Assembly (NCBI GenBank): GCA_029838215.1
Contig: JALGVI010000037.1
Location: 1 to 28,821 of the forward strand
Origin: Candidatus Helarchaeota archaeon
GTDB lineage: Archaea > Asgardarchaeota > Lokiarchaeia > Helarchaeales > RDOG01
Direction of reading: 5' to 3'
Length of the DNA stretch: 28,821 nucleotides
The notes beneath the pieces were generated by a model, which saw only the letters and a list, made by a program, of their open reading frames with translations, was not told the origin of the DNA and ran no database searches. A program made the translations under genes and the position numbers. How positions within the stretch are numbered: position 1 is the first letter of the stretch; each line of letters opens with the position of its first letter. Positions 16,382-24,889 of the stretch are shown here, in pieces.

Positions 16382-17749
16382 TTGGAGAAATATGATGTAA
16401 TTGTTGTCGGCGGTGGACCGGGTGGTTCAATTGCCGGCAAGGTTTCAGCCGAAAAAGGATTAAAAACCATAATTTTTGAACGAGGTAAAAAATGCGGAGA
16501 AAAAAATGCGTCAGGCGTCGGACTCGTGCCAAAAATATGGCGAGATTTTCCTGACATCATGAAAAACATGGACTTACCAAGTCAGAGAATTTCAAGGATG
16601 AGCACGGTTCATCTTTGTGATAAGAAAGGTGAAATCATAACAGAGTTTGCATGGACGCCGTCCCAATTGAACGACTATAAAGAAGGACGTGAGTTTATGG
16701 TCGTGATGGTATATCGGTCCCAATTTGACCATTGGTTGTCAGAAATCGCGGTAGAAGCAGGTGCCGAACTCAAGACTTCGACGTTAATCACGGACGTTCT
16801 GAGGGATGGAGATGGCAAGATCATTGGAGTCATAGATGAAAACGGAAATAAATATAAGGGCGTGGTGATCGCAGCAGACGGTGCGGTTTCAACAATAGCC
16901 CATAAATCAGGTTTGCGCTCCAAATTCGGTCCAAATCAAACGACCTTGGTTGTAAATTATGATTTTGAAGCACCTGAAAAGAAGATTGATGAGTTCATTG
17001 GAGACAATTGCTTGCATAATTGGTTTAGTCCCTTATATCCAGGAGCATTTAATTTCTTTAAGAAAGATGGATTCCATATTGGATTGGGACAATGGTATGG
17101 AGCTCTGGACAAAAATCTCTTGTCTTATCTGAATACAGCCATTAAAACTCCTGCAATGTCAAGGATGATAAAGAAATTAGAAGCAAAACCAAGAGAAGTT
17201 CACGCTCACGCATTACCGTGGTTACAATTTCCTAAAAACACGTATGCAGAAAATGTCATGTTAATAGGGGATGCTGCAGGTTTTCCATGTCCACTAGAAG
17301 CGGAAGGAATTTGGCACGCAATGTATTCGGGACGACTGGCCGCTTTGAATGCCGCAGAAGCCATTGATAAAAACGATTTTTCAAAAGCCCAAATGAAAAA
17401 ATATGAAGACGCATGGATTGATTCACCACTTGGAGAAGAATTCGCCGCAGGAAAAGAACTTCAAGAATTCTGGGCTGGAATGTCCTTCAATCCTGTAAAC
17501 ATGGGTAAGAGCATTCCATTCGCAAACAACATGTTAAATTTGTTCACGGGAGCAACTTCACACGTTGACATGGCTAGCAAGATCGTGAAAGACTTTCGAG
17601 ACAATTCATCAGAATACATACCATTGCTACGGAGATTCATAATGCCATTTTTCGCACGCATTTTCGAGGAAGAACTATCGGACTATTCATCCTTATTGCC
17701 ATTATTGGAAAAAATGATGCCAAAAAAAAGTAACAGGAGGAGAAATTAA
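16382..17749 (+). CDS. fixC: FixC-like FAD-dependent oxidoreductase (GGR/FixC superfamily)
   Basis: YDVIVVGGGPGG, CGEKNASG, RSQFDHWL, IAADG, GDAAG...SG. Lacks the PxxYxWxFP GGR signature. Paired with a FixX-type ferredoxin; TTG start. Confidence 0.7.
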   Translation: MEKYDVIVVGGGPGGSIAGKVSAEKGLKTIIFERGKKCGEKNASGVGLVPKIWRDFPDIMKNMDLPSQRISRMSTVHLCDKKGEIITEFAWTPSQLNDYKEGREFMVVMVYRSQFDHWLSEIAVEAGAELKTSTLITDVLRDGDGKIIGVIDENGNKYKGVVIAADGAVSTIAHKSGLRSKFGPNQTTLVVNYDFEAPEKKIDEFIGDNCLHNWFSPLYPGAFNFFKKDGFHIGLGQWYGALDKNLLSYLNTAIKTPAMSRMIKKLEAKPREVHAHALPWLQFPKNTYAENVMLIGDAAGFPCPLEAEGIWHAMYSGRLAALNAAEAIDKNDFSKAQMKKYEDAWIDSPLGEEFAAGKELQEFWAGMSFNPVNMGKSIPFANNMLNLFTGATSHVDMASKIVKDFRDNSSEYIPLLRRFIMPFFARIFEEELSDYSSLLPLLEKMMPKKSNRRRN

Positions 17750-18018
17750 TGGGAGTTCCATATGAGCAATTAATCCATAAGGAAGGAGATCCGGGAGACT
17801 TCATAAAAGTAGAGCGTGAGAAATGCATCGCTTGCAAGAAATGCTTGATTGCTTGTCCACTCAACCTATGGTACATGGACGATGGTAAAGCAAACATTAG
17901 AGAAAAATATAAAGAGATTTGTTTGGAATGTGCAAGTTGCTGGCAAGTCTGCGATTATGGTGCAATTATATTCAATTATCCTAAAGGCGGTACTGGAGTC
18001 GTCTTCAAGCACGGCTAA
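17749..18018 (+). CDS. fixX: FixX-type 2x[4Fe-4S] ferredoxin
   Basis: CIACKKCLIACP and CLECASCWQVC, with C-terminal YPKGGTGVVFKHG typical of FixX; 1-bp overlap with fixC. Confidence 0.88.
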   Translation: MGVPYEQLIHKEGDPGDFIKVEREKCIACKKCLIACPLNLWYMDDGKANIREKYKEICLECASCWQVCDYGAIIFNYPKGGTGVVFKHG

Positions 18019-18046
18019 TTTTTTCTTTTTATTTTTTCTTTTTTTT
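18019..18046 (+). terminator. T-rich archaeal terminator candidate for fixCX, overlapping the 3' end of the convergent gene
   Basis: TTTTTTCTTTTTATTTTTTCTTTTTTTT immediately follows the fixX stop. Confidence 0.55.
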
Positions 18047-19624
18047 CGCCAACTCTTCACTGGTTGAAATGAAAAAACCAGAATCAGCCGTATTTTTAGG
18101 ATCGAATGTTTCCTTGATCTTCCGAAGCCAAACATTATAATTGCACACGTGGGGACCCCAAGCATCGTGTAATTCGTCTCCTTCTATGAAGAAAGGTATG
18201 TTAAAGCATTCTTTTAATGAAAGTTCGTCAGTATCCTTGAAATAGTCCACCATTGCTTGGACTGATTCGAGGTCATTAACGTTATACATTGTTGGCATTT
18301 CGGCGTGGGCATAATGACCGTGTTCATATGTTGTAATCCAATGGCTTTCTCCTTCATCTTCAGGCAAGAGGTGACTCTTGGTGTATTTCTTCTTGACAGG
18401 AATGTTCAACTTCACCATTTGATAACTTAGTCCAATTGAATCGATTCCGCCAAAAGTCGTTTGGAATGATCCACTGGCCAAAAAGCCATGAAATCCCATC
18501 ATGTTGCGCAGTGCCTCGCTATATGCACTTGATCCTGGTATTAGTTTCTTTTTTGCAATCATGTCCTTGCCTTTCGTTTCTTCAATTAACTTCGCCATTA
18601 CTTTTCTCTTGTATTCAAATTCACGTTTTGTCCTGCCGCAAATTAATAGGACAAGCGGTTTGCGAAAAGCAACGGTCTTCGTTGCAAGTGACATCAATTC
18701 GGCTTTATTCTTTGAGAAAAGTGCAGCCAATGCCAAGTTGGAAGTACTCCATAACATGAAGGCGATTCCTTCTTCAGAGATGCGATACATTGCATTTTCT
18801 AAAGCATCGAAATCCCTGTAAGCCAAAATATAAAATTCCATATAATTGGGAACTTCAAATTGGTAATCAGGCGTGACGCCAGAAAGGTTCCATTTAGGTT
18901 CGCATGGATATGGATATAACTTGATGGCCACAGCCGTGAATACACCTAAACCACTTTTTGTTCCTGATTGTCCACGCATTACACCCCGCAAGCTAATGCC
19001 CGGTCCATCTCCACAATACCAGTCAGGATCGGTTTCGAACCCTAAAGAACCGAGTCTTAAAAGTTCTCCATTTGGAAGGACCCACTCGGTGCCCAAAACA
19101 TTTCGTCCCGAAAATCCCGTGCTTTCAGAAGTAAAACCGGGACCGCACATCGAAGTCGAGCTGGCAAGAGGAGAGACCATTGGACCTGCTCCAGGCATAT
19201 GACAATTAAGATCCATTTTTATGAGCTCTGCTTGTAACTGGGCTCCAGTAACGTAGGGTTCGACTACAGCATACATGTTTTTTGGGTCAATTCTGCGAAT
19301 CTTGGACATGCGTTTTAAATCTATCACGATTACGTCATCAGATGATACGTTATTCCATTGTCCCAAACCCGTGCTGTGTGCCTTGAACTTCAGACCGACT
19401 TCGTTTATCAACTTCAAGATTTTTTGGACTTCTTCAGTGCTTTCAGGCAAAATAATTGCAATGGGAACATGTGTGAACATAGAGGGTTCATTTCCCTCTC
19501 TTAAATTGAGAGTATCATTTCCCCAATTAAATGCGTAAGTATTGGTTATGACGGGATCCTTTGATACGTTCTTTTCGCCCACAATATTTACGAATTGTTC
19601 ATATACTTCGTTACTTAATTCCAT
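18029..19624 (-). CDS. FAD-binding oxidoreductase, VAO/PCMH family
   Basis: IILPESTEEVQKIL, VIDLKRMSKI, AVVEPYVT, TEWVLPNGELLRLG, KETFDPKN; no EHGxG/HHGxG motif. ATG 19624 follows GGAG. Confidence 0.88.
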   Translation of the reverse strand: MELSNEVYEQFVNIVGEKNVSKDPVITNTYAFNWGNDTLNLREGNEPSMFTHVPIAIILPESTEEVQKILKLINEVGLKFKAHSTGLGQWNNVSSDDVIVIDLKRMSKIRRIDPKNMYAVVEPYVTGAQLQAELIKMDLNCHMPGAGPMVSPLASSTSMCGPGFTSESTGFSGRNVLGTEWVLPNGELLRLGSLGFETDPDWYCGDGPGISLRGVMRGQSGTKSGLGVFTAVAIKLYPYPCEPKWNLSGVTPDYQFEVPNYMEFYILAYRDFDALENAMYRISEEGIAFMLWSTSNLALAALFSKNKAELMSLATKTVAFRKPLVLLICGRTKREFEYKRKVMAKLIEETKGKDMIAKKKLIPGSSAYSEALRNMMGFHGFLASGSFQTTFGGIDSIGLSYQMVKLNIPVKKKYTKSHLLPEDEGESHWITTYEHGHYAHAEMPTMYNVNDLESVQAMVDYFKDTDELSLKECFNIPFFIEGDELHDAWGPHVCNYNVWLRKIKETFDPKNTADSGFFISTSEELAKKKKK

Positions 19625-19641
19625 TTTGCTCACTCCTGACC

Positions 19642-20919
19642 TCACATTGCTTTCTCTATCAATTCAATCAAGTCGTAGAATTTCATGTTTGATTGCAGGG
19701 CTTCAATGCCTTCAACGAGATTAGTCTTACAGAAGGGACAACAGGATACGAGAGTTGATGCAGTCGTGGCAATGGCTTCTTCAATCCGTCGTTTGGAAGT
19801 ATTTATTGCAAACTCGGGAAATTGGGCTTTTACACCACCACCTGCCCCACAGCAATAGGCGAAATCCTTGTTTCGTTCCATCTCAATGAGTGTTATGCCA
19901 GGAATCTGCTTTAATACATTTCGAGGCGCATCATAACAGCCGTATGTTCCTTGTCGCTTTGGTTTGGGTGGTATCGCCATCTTTATTCGCGGAATTACCT
20001 CCACTTCTTTTCCTTCCCACTTTGGAAAGGGTTCTGATCCACGGCCAAGATGGCAGGGATCGTGATAAGTCAGCGTTAAATTGACCTCTTTTGAGAACTT
20101 TATCTTTCCTTCATCAAGCAGTTTTTCAAGTAATTCAGAAGTGTGTAATACTTTAAAAGGCAAGTCTTCACCCATGACTTTTGGATATTCAGCCTTGAAC
20201 ATTGCATAGCAACCCGCACAGCTAGTCACCAATGTTTTTATTCCTTTCTTCTTGATTTCTTCTACATTCTTTTTCATGATTTCTCTTGCCTTGTCCACTT
20301 CACCAACTCTATAAACTGGAGAGCTACAACAAATTTCAGGATTTAAAAGCGTGAACTCTACGCCAACCTTGTCGAACACGCGTACCGTCGATTGTGCAAG
20401 TTCCTTCCTCCGGTATGAAGAAGTACATCCTACAAAGTAGCCAATATCAGCACTATCTTGGATTTCCACATCGTTGGGAAGCCATTTTAGGCGCTCTTCA
20501 GCAGGTTCTCCATAAGGATTGTCACATTTTAAAGTATTTTCTACATATTTCTTCTGATTTGGAAGTGGTCCGTATCCTTTTTTCACCAGTTCTTCCCTTA
20601 GCTCTTGAATTACTTCTAACGGTTCCAAGTCGTTCAAGTACTTGCAAGAAACATCACATCCCCCGCACTCCGTGCAAGCATAGACAACTTCCAATAATTT
20701 CTCATTATACGGAATCCTTTCAGAAATCAAAGCCAAGGCAGTTATCAATCGTCCTCCACCGGAATAATTATGAAAATTGAATTCCTCGATTGAAGGACAG
20801 ATGCTTGCAAACTTTTGACTCTTAATTTGAATTTGCGGAATCCACTTGCACAATGAGCAGCGGATGCACCTTTCCATTATATCTCTGTATTTTTCTAATC
20901 CTTCTGATGCCATTCTCAT
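19642..20919 (-). CDS. Fe-S oxidoreductase with ferredoxin-like and CCG domains (GlpC/HdrD/GlcF family)
   Basis: CIRCSLC, CTECGGCDVSC, YFVGCTS, CCSSP, YHDPCHLGR, CCGAGGG, CCPFC. ATG 20919 forms an ATGA overlap with the upstream stop. Confidence 0.92.
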   Translation of the reverse strand: MRMASEGLEKYRDIMERCIRCSLCKWIPQIQIKSQKFASICPSIEEFNFHNYSGGGRLITALALISERIPYNEKLLEVVYACTECGGCDVSCKYLNDLEPLEVIQELREELVKKGYGPLPNQKKYVENTLKCDNPYGEPAEERLKWLPNDVEIQDSADIGYFVGCTSSYRRKELAQSTVRVFDKVGVEFTLLNPEICCSSPVYRVGEVDKAREIMKKNVEEIKKKGIKTLVTSCAGCYAMFKAEYPKVMGEDLPFKVLHTSELLEKLLDEGKIKFSKEVNLTLTYHDPCHLGRGSEPFPKWEGKEVEVIPRIKMAIPPKPKRQGTYGCYDAPRNVLKQIPGITLIEMERNKDFAYCCGAGGGVKAQFPEFAINTSKRRIEEAIATTASTLVSCCPFCKTNLVEGIEALQSNMKFYDLIELIEKAM

Positions 20920-22403
20920 GCTTCCTCCTTGAAACAAAGCACGCCTGGACTTAAGACGGCGTTGGGGTCAAAAATTTTTTTCACTTTTTTCATTGAATCA
21001 ACAATTAGTGGTTGAATTTTAGGATAGACCATGTCTGCCCAGATTCCATAAGGACGATTGAAAAATGCACCATTCTCGATCAATGCTTGACTGGCAGTCT
21101 TGAATGAATTCAGAGTGACTTCTCGAGCACTCGCATCATCAGGATTGAAATACAGATCAAACTCACAATGCACGTTGCAACCCTGGACAGTTGGTTGGAT
21201 GTAAACACCCATATCTGATGTATTGAATTTCTCTTTTGAAACAGCATCCCACGTGATCTTCTTATATTTTGGCGTTTTATCCAGTGTTGAAATGAAAAAT
21301 ATATCGCTACAACCACCTTTGTATTTCAGACGCCAAGGAACAGGAGATGCTTCTTCTAGAATTACTTTTACTTTGTCGTCGGAAATGCCGGATAATTCAG
21401 TCTTTAATTCGACTCCGAACTTTGCAGCATATTCTGAAATATCCCCTTCTTGCCATTCTATCTTTTCTCGTGCTAGCTCCCCAATGCCTGTTAACGAAAT
21501 GAGACCAATCCATTCAGGCAATTTATCTCTTAATTTTTCAATGCCTGCTTGATCTTCTTCAAGTAAGACTGCAAGATTTAAGTTATTCACGATAAACATC
21601 TCATCTGCAAGTCTAAATTTGAGAAGCTCGTAAATTAAATCATAATTGGCTTCCAACGTGTCAGAAGTAACGAAGAAAGTCTTTCGTTCATCAATTGCAC
21701 GTTGGACTTTCAAAGTAGCCCATGTAACGAGTGCAATTGAACCCTGAGCACCTTGCACTATCCGATAAGGACTGAATTGAGCGGGTCCCATTGGATTTTT
21801 CTGTGCACCACCTGCTTCCTTTTGCTGAGTTAGATTTCCAGGACCAGCTGCTGCACCAGTTCGGAACATGTTTCCAGTTCCAAATACAACTTCTAAGCAT
21901 AGAAGGGGATCAGAAATGTCCCAATGATGCTTGGGAATTATCACCGGTTCCCGATCTAAAGCCGCACCCACGACAGATTTTTTCGCATAAGGATATAAGG
22001 GTAAATGAGGTCGTAAACCCGCTTTTTTGACAGCGTCTATAAACTCCGCAAAATTCACACCAGATTCTAACATGACACCTCGATTCTTGACATCTATATT
22101 CAAGATCTTCTTCATTTTCGTAAAATCAACGATGATAGTGCCTTCCTTTTTTGGAACACTCGTTCCGTGAAATCGCGGAGGTTCAGAACTTGTAGGAACC
22201 AAAGATAATGACAAATTGTTTGCCAATTGAACCAATTGCTGAACTTCTTTGATATTTTCGGGCCAAACTACGCATCTAGGCATCATCGGCTCGCAAAATC
22301 CCAAACTTGCGTCCGATTTATACTGCTCCAGAATTGCTGGTTCATTTGAAACATTTTCATCTTTAAAAATGGATTTTAACTTTGAAATGATATCATCTAC
22401 CAA
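20916..22403 (-). CDS. FAD-binding oxidoreductase, VAO/PCMH family (second paralogue)
   Basis: VVWPENIKEVQQLV, IVDFTKMKKIL, LESGVNF, LEVVFGTGNMFRTG, KKIFDPNAVLSPG; TTG start. Confidence 0.88.
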   Translation of the reverse strand: MVDDIISKLKSIFKDENVSNEPAILEQYKSDASLGFCEPMMPRCVVWPENIKEVQQLVQLANNLSLSLVPTSSEPPRFHGTSVPKKEGTIIVDFTKMKKILNIDVKNRGVMLESGVNFAEFIDAVKKAGLRPHLPLYPYAKKSVVGAALDREPVIIPKHHWDISDPLLCLEVVFGTGNMFRTGAAAGPGNLTQQKEAGGAQKNPMGPAQFSPYRIVQGAQGSIALVTWATLKVQRAIDERKTFFVTSDTLEANYDLIYELLKFRLADEMFIVNNLNLAVLLEEDQAGIEKLRDKLPEWIGLISLTGIGELAREKIEWQEGDISEYAAKFGVELKTELSGISDDKVKVILEEASPVPWRLKYKGGCSDIFFISTLDKTPKYKKITWDAVSKEKFNTSDMGVYIQPTVQGCNVHCEFDLYFNPDDASAREVTLNSFKTASQALIENGAFFNRPYGIWADMVYPKIQPLIVDSMKKVKKIFDPNAVLSPGVLCFKEEA

Positions 22404-22660
22404 TGCATCAATCTCCTTTTAATTCATGATGACAAAATAATCTAAAGAGCAAGATTTTTTCCTTTTTTTAAAATCTCATCATTTACTTGTCAGATTTCAA
22501 ACTTAATTTTGCAGAATTCTATCAAATCTCATTTAAAAAATATATCTTGATTTATCGAACAGCTTATCATTGATTGTCGCAAGTCAAATATTTAAAAAAT
22601 CTAAAGTCTAGAATATATTATATTCATTTATTTTTGGGAGTTGGTTATTTGACAAATGAC

Positions 22661-23956
22661 ATGATTTTTGACGACCTCGACGAGAAAATGACAGATTTCA
22701 AATCATTTGGAGTTCATCTTCTCTTGCCTTTGATCTTAACGCTGTTTTTCATTCAGGCACTTCGTGTCTACGTGCCGGGTGTCTATATTTCGATCTTCCA
22801 CGTCGTTTTTCAAGATCCGGGTTGGATGTCATCGCTATTCATTCTCGTGACCATTGTTTTCTTCTTCATTCCGTGCATCACGAATTTCCTATGCAAGAAG
22901 TTCTCACCAAAGAAAATAGCATTGATTTCTATCATTGCCATCGTTATCCTGCGCGTTCTAATGGCAATTCCGTTGCCTTCTCTTCCATTTGATCTCGTTG
23001 CTCCGGGTTTCCCTGCGACATTCGAGACAGTTTTGGCTTCGCTCATCATCATGTTCTATGGCTTTTTCTTGGGAGCTTTTCTTGGAAATGGTGTCCAAAC
23101 AAATTCATCTTTAACGGGAAAAACTCAACTTAACTTCTTTTCGATCGCTATGATTGGAGCATTTCTCACGGACATGATCCTGCGAACTTTTGGTGTCACG
23201 TTGGATCCAACGTTACTCACTTGGCCACTCATTCCTTCATTATGGTTCATATTTCAATATTTGGGCATCGTCATCCAAATCCCTCTTGCACTCGTTGTTT
23301 TGTTCATTGCGTGGAAGTATTTAGATCTTTCTTTTGAGAATCAAGAGATCCCTCCTGATGACAAGTCTACGGGACGAAGTAAAAATCTCATGATAGTGCT
23401 TTCGTTGAGCCTGGCATTTTTCCTCTATCTCGAAACAAACCTCTTGTTATATCCAAACACGATTGCCCAGTACACTGGTACCAATTATGCCATGATTAAC
23501 CCAATCGTCATCATCGCAACAGCAGTAAGCCTGATTCTTCTTCTTTTCGTTTCGGACAAGATCATTCTCAATAAGATTTTCATCATCGTGATCAATGCCA
23601 TTCTATTGGTCGCTCTCGTGTTGATGCTATTCGTGGGTTCTCTTTTATCATACGGAGGAGCGATTTTCATTGCCATTTCACAGGTATTTTTCTTCATTGA
23701 TTTCTATCTCGTCATTCGATTTCTCGGAACGTATCAATTTCGATGGAACAAGATAAAAGCGATTTCTAACGCCTACGCGCTTAACATTGGTATCATGATA
23801 CTGTTTGATTTTCTATATGATTTCACGACGGACCATGCTTTTACAATTTCTGCCTTTCGATACCTGGGTCCTCATCTCCTGACCATTGGAGGCATTTTCA
23901 TGGTTGCTTTGAGCATTTTAATAATCTATCTCAACAAGGAGGAGAAATCATCATGA
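22661..23956 (+). CDS. Polytopic membrane protein, resembling the transmembrane part of membrane-EEP (Cwh43/PGAP2IP-like) fusions
   Basis: About 11-12 hydrophobic segments; ATGA overlap with the EEP gene. Start uncertain (22661 or 22688); 22574 is unlikely. Confidence 0.65.
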   Translation: MIFDDLDEKMTDFKSFGVHLLLPLILTLFFIQALRVYVPGVYISIFHVVFQDPGWMSSLFILVTIVFFFIPCITNFLCKKFSPKKIALISIIAIVILRVLMAIPLPSLPFDLVAPGFPATFETVLASLIIMFYGFFLGAFLGNGVQTNSSLTGKTQLNFFSIAMIGAFLTDMILRTFGVTLDPTLLTWPLIPSLWFIFQYLGIVIQIPLALVVLFIAWKYLDLSFENQEIPPDDKSTGRSKNLMIVLSLSLAFFLYLETNLLLYPNTIAQYTGTNYAMINPIVIIATAVSLILLLFVSDKIILNKIFIIVINAILLVALVLMLFVGSLLSYGGAIFIAISQVFFFIDFYLVIRFLGTYQFRWNKIKAISNAYALNIGIMILFDFLYDFTTDHAFTISAFRYLGPHLLTIGGIFMVALSILIIYLNKEEKSS

Positions 23957-24807
23957 ACAGGAATTTTAAGCTGATCTTGGTCTTATTGATCATATTAGGG
24001 ATACCGATCATCTCAACGATTTCTGTATCAACAGTACTGATGCTTTCTCCGCCACCGCAAGAGTCGGATGGAACGATCGTCTTCTTAACATATAATCTCC
24101 ACTTTGGTGTAGGAATGGATGATCGCCTAGATCTGGAGAGACTCGCGCAGAACATCCTTACAGCCAATCCTGATATCGTGGGACTCCAAGAAGTTGAGAA
24201 CGGGCGTATAACATCCCAAGGCATTGACATGGCATACTGGTTCGCCAAGCGTCTAGGAATGTACTACTATTATTATCCGGCAGTCAATGAAGAGGCATTT
24301 GGCGTGGCACTTCTGAGCAAGTATCCCATCGTTGCTGTAAAGGGATACGACTTGACAAGCGAGGAATTGGAACGTGTAATGGTGCACGGAGTCATACGTG
24401 CCAATTCAACATTAACGGTGAACGTATTCGTGGTACATCTTGGTCTTGAGGACGAAAATACGACGAGACAGATTCAAGAGATTCTTGCAGTAACAGATTC
24501 CGTTACAGGACCAAAAGTCCTCATGGGAGATTTTAATCTCAATGATACTACGAATCAAATCGGGAATGTAACGTTAAAATTTGACGATACTGCAGCTCAA
24601 TGGGCGGGAAATTCTTCCACGACATTGGGAGATACATTCCCATCATTTCCTGCTCCAGAAGCAGGCAATAGAATTGACTACATCTTTGCAAGTGGGTATT
24701 CAGCCATTGTGAACAGCAGAGTCCTGTCGGATTTCATACCCGGCATCCACACGGCAGCGGAATTTGGTTCTGATCACCTACCCGTTACGACGACTCTTCG
24801 TTTCTAA
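23953..24807 (+). CDS. Endonuclease/exonuclease/phosphatase (EEP) protein with an N-terminal membrane anchor, Cwh43/PGAP2IP C-terminal-like
   Basis: TYNLHFG, PDIVGLQEV, GVALLSKYPI, VVHLG, LMGDFN, RIDYIF, SDHLPV; own GGAGG upstream and a hydrophobic N-terminus. Confidence 0.92.
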   Translation: MNRNFKLILVLLIILGIPIISTISVSTVLMLSPPPQESDGTIVFLTYNLHFGVGMDDRLDLERLAQNILTANPDIVGLQEVENGRITSQGIDMAYWFAKRLGMYYYYYPAVNEEAFGVALLSKYPIVAVKGYDLTSEELERVMVHGVIRANSTLTVNVFVVHLGLEDENTTRQIQEILAVTDSVTGPKVLMGDFNLNDTTNQIGNVTLKFDDTAAQWAGNSSTTLGDTFPSFPAPEAGNRIDYIFASGYSAIVNSRVLSDFIPGIHTAAEFGSDHLPVTTTLRF

Positions 24808-24808
24808 C

Positions 24809-24825
24809 TTTCCCTTCTTTTTTTT
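24809..24825 (+). terminator. T-rich terminator candidate after the EEP gene
   Basis: TTTCCCTTCTTTTTTTT directly follows the stop. Confidence 0.4.
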
Positions 24826-24889
24826 AGTCTTTCATGATCATTCGGTTTTTAGAGAATCTTTTAATTGCCAACCAATCTACTTGTCATCA

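Noticed and set aside
16382-17749. Digeranylgeranylglycerophospholipid reductase call
   Set aside because: The PxxYxWxFP motif is absent and the partner is FixX-type, so FixC-like is preferred.
18029-22403. Alkyl-DHAP synthase or D-lactate dehydrogenase call
   Set aside because: The diagnostic C-terminal His-rich motif is absent in both flavoproteins.
24764-24889. Upstream GTG start for the methyltransferase, overlapping the EEP gene
   Set aside because: It overlaps the previous CDS and its T-tract; ATG 24890 directly precedes the conserved GEFYT motif.
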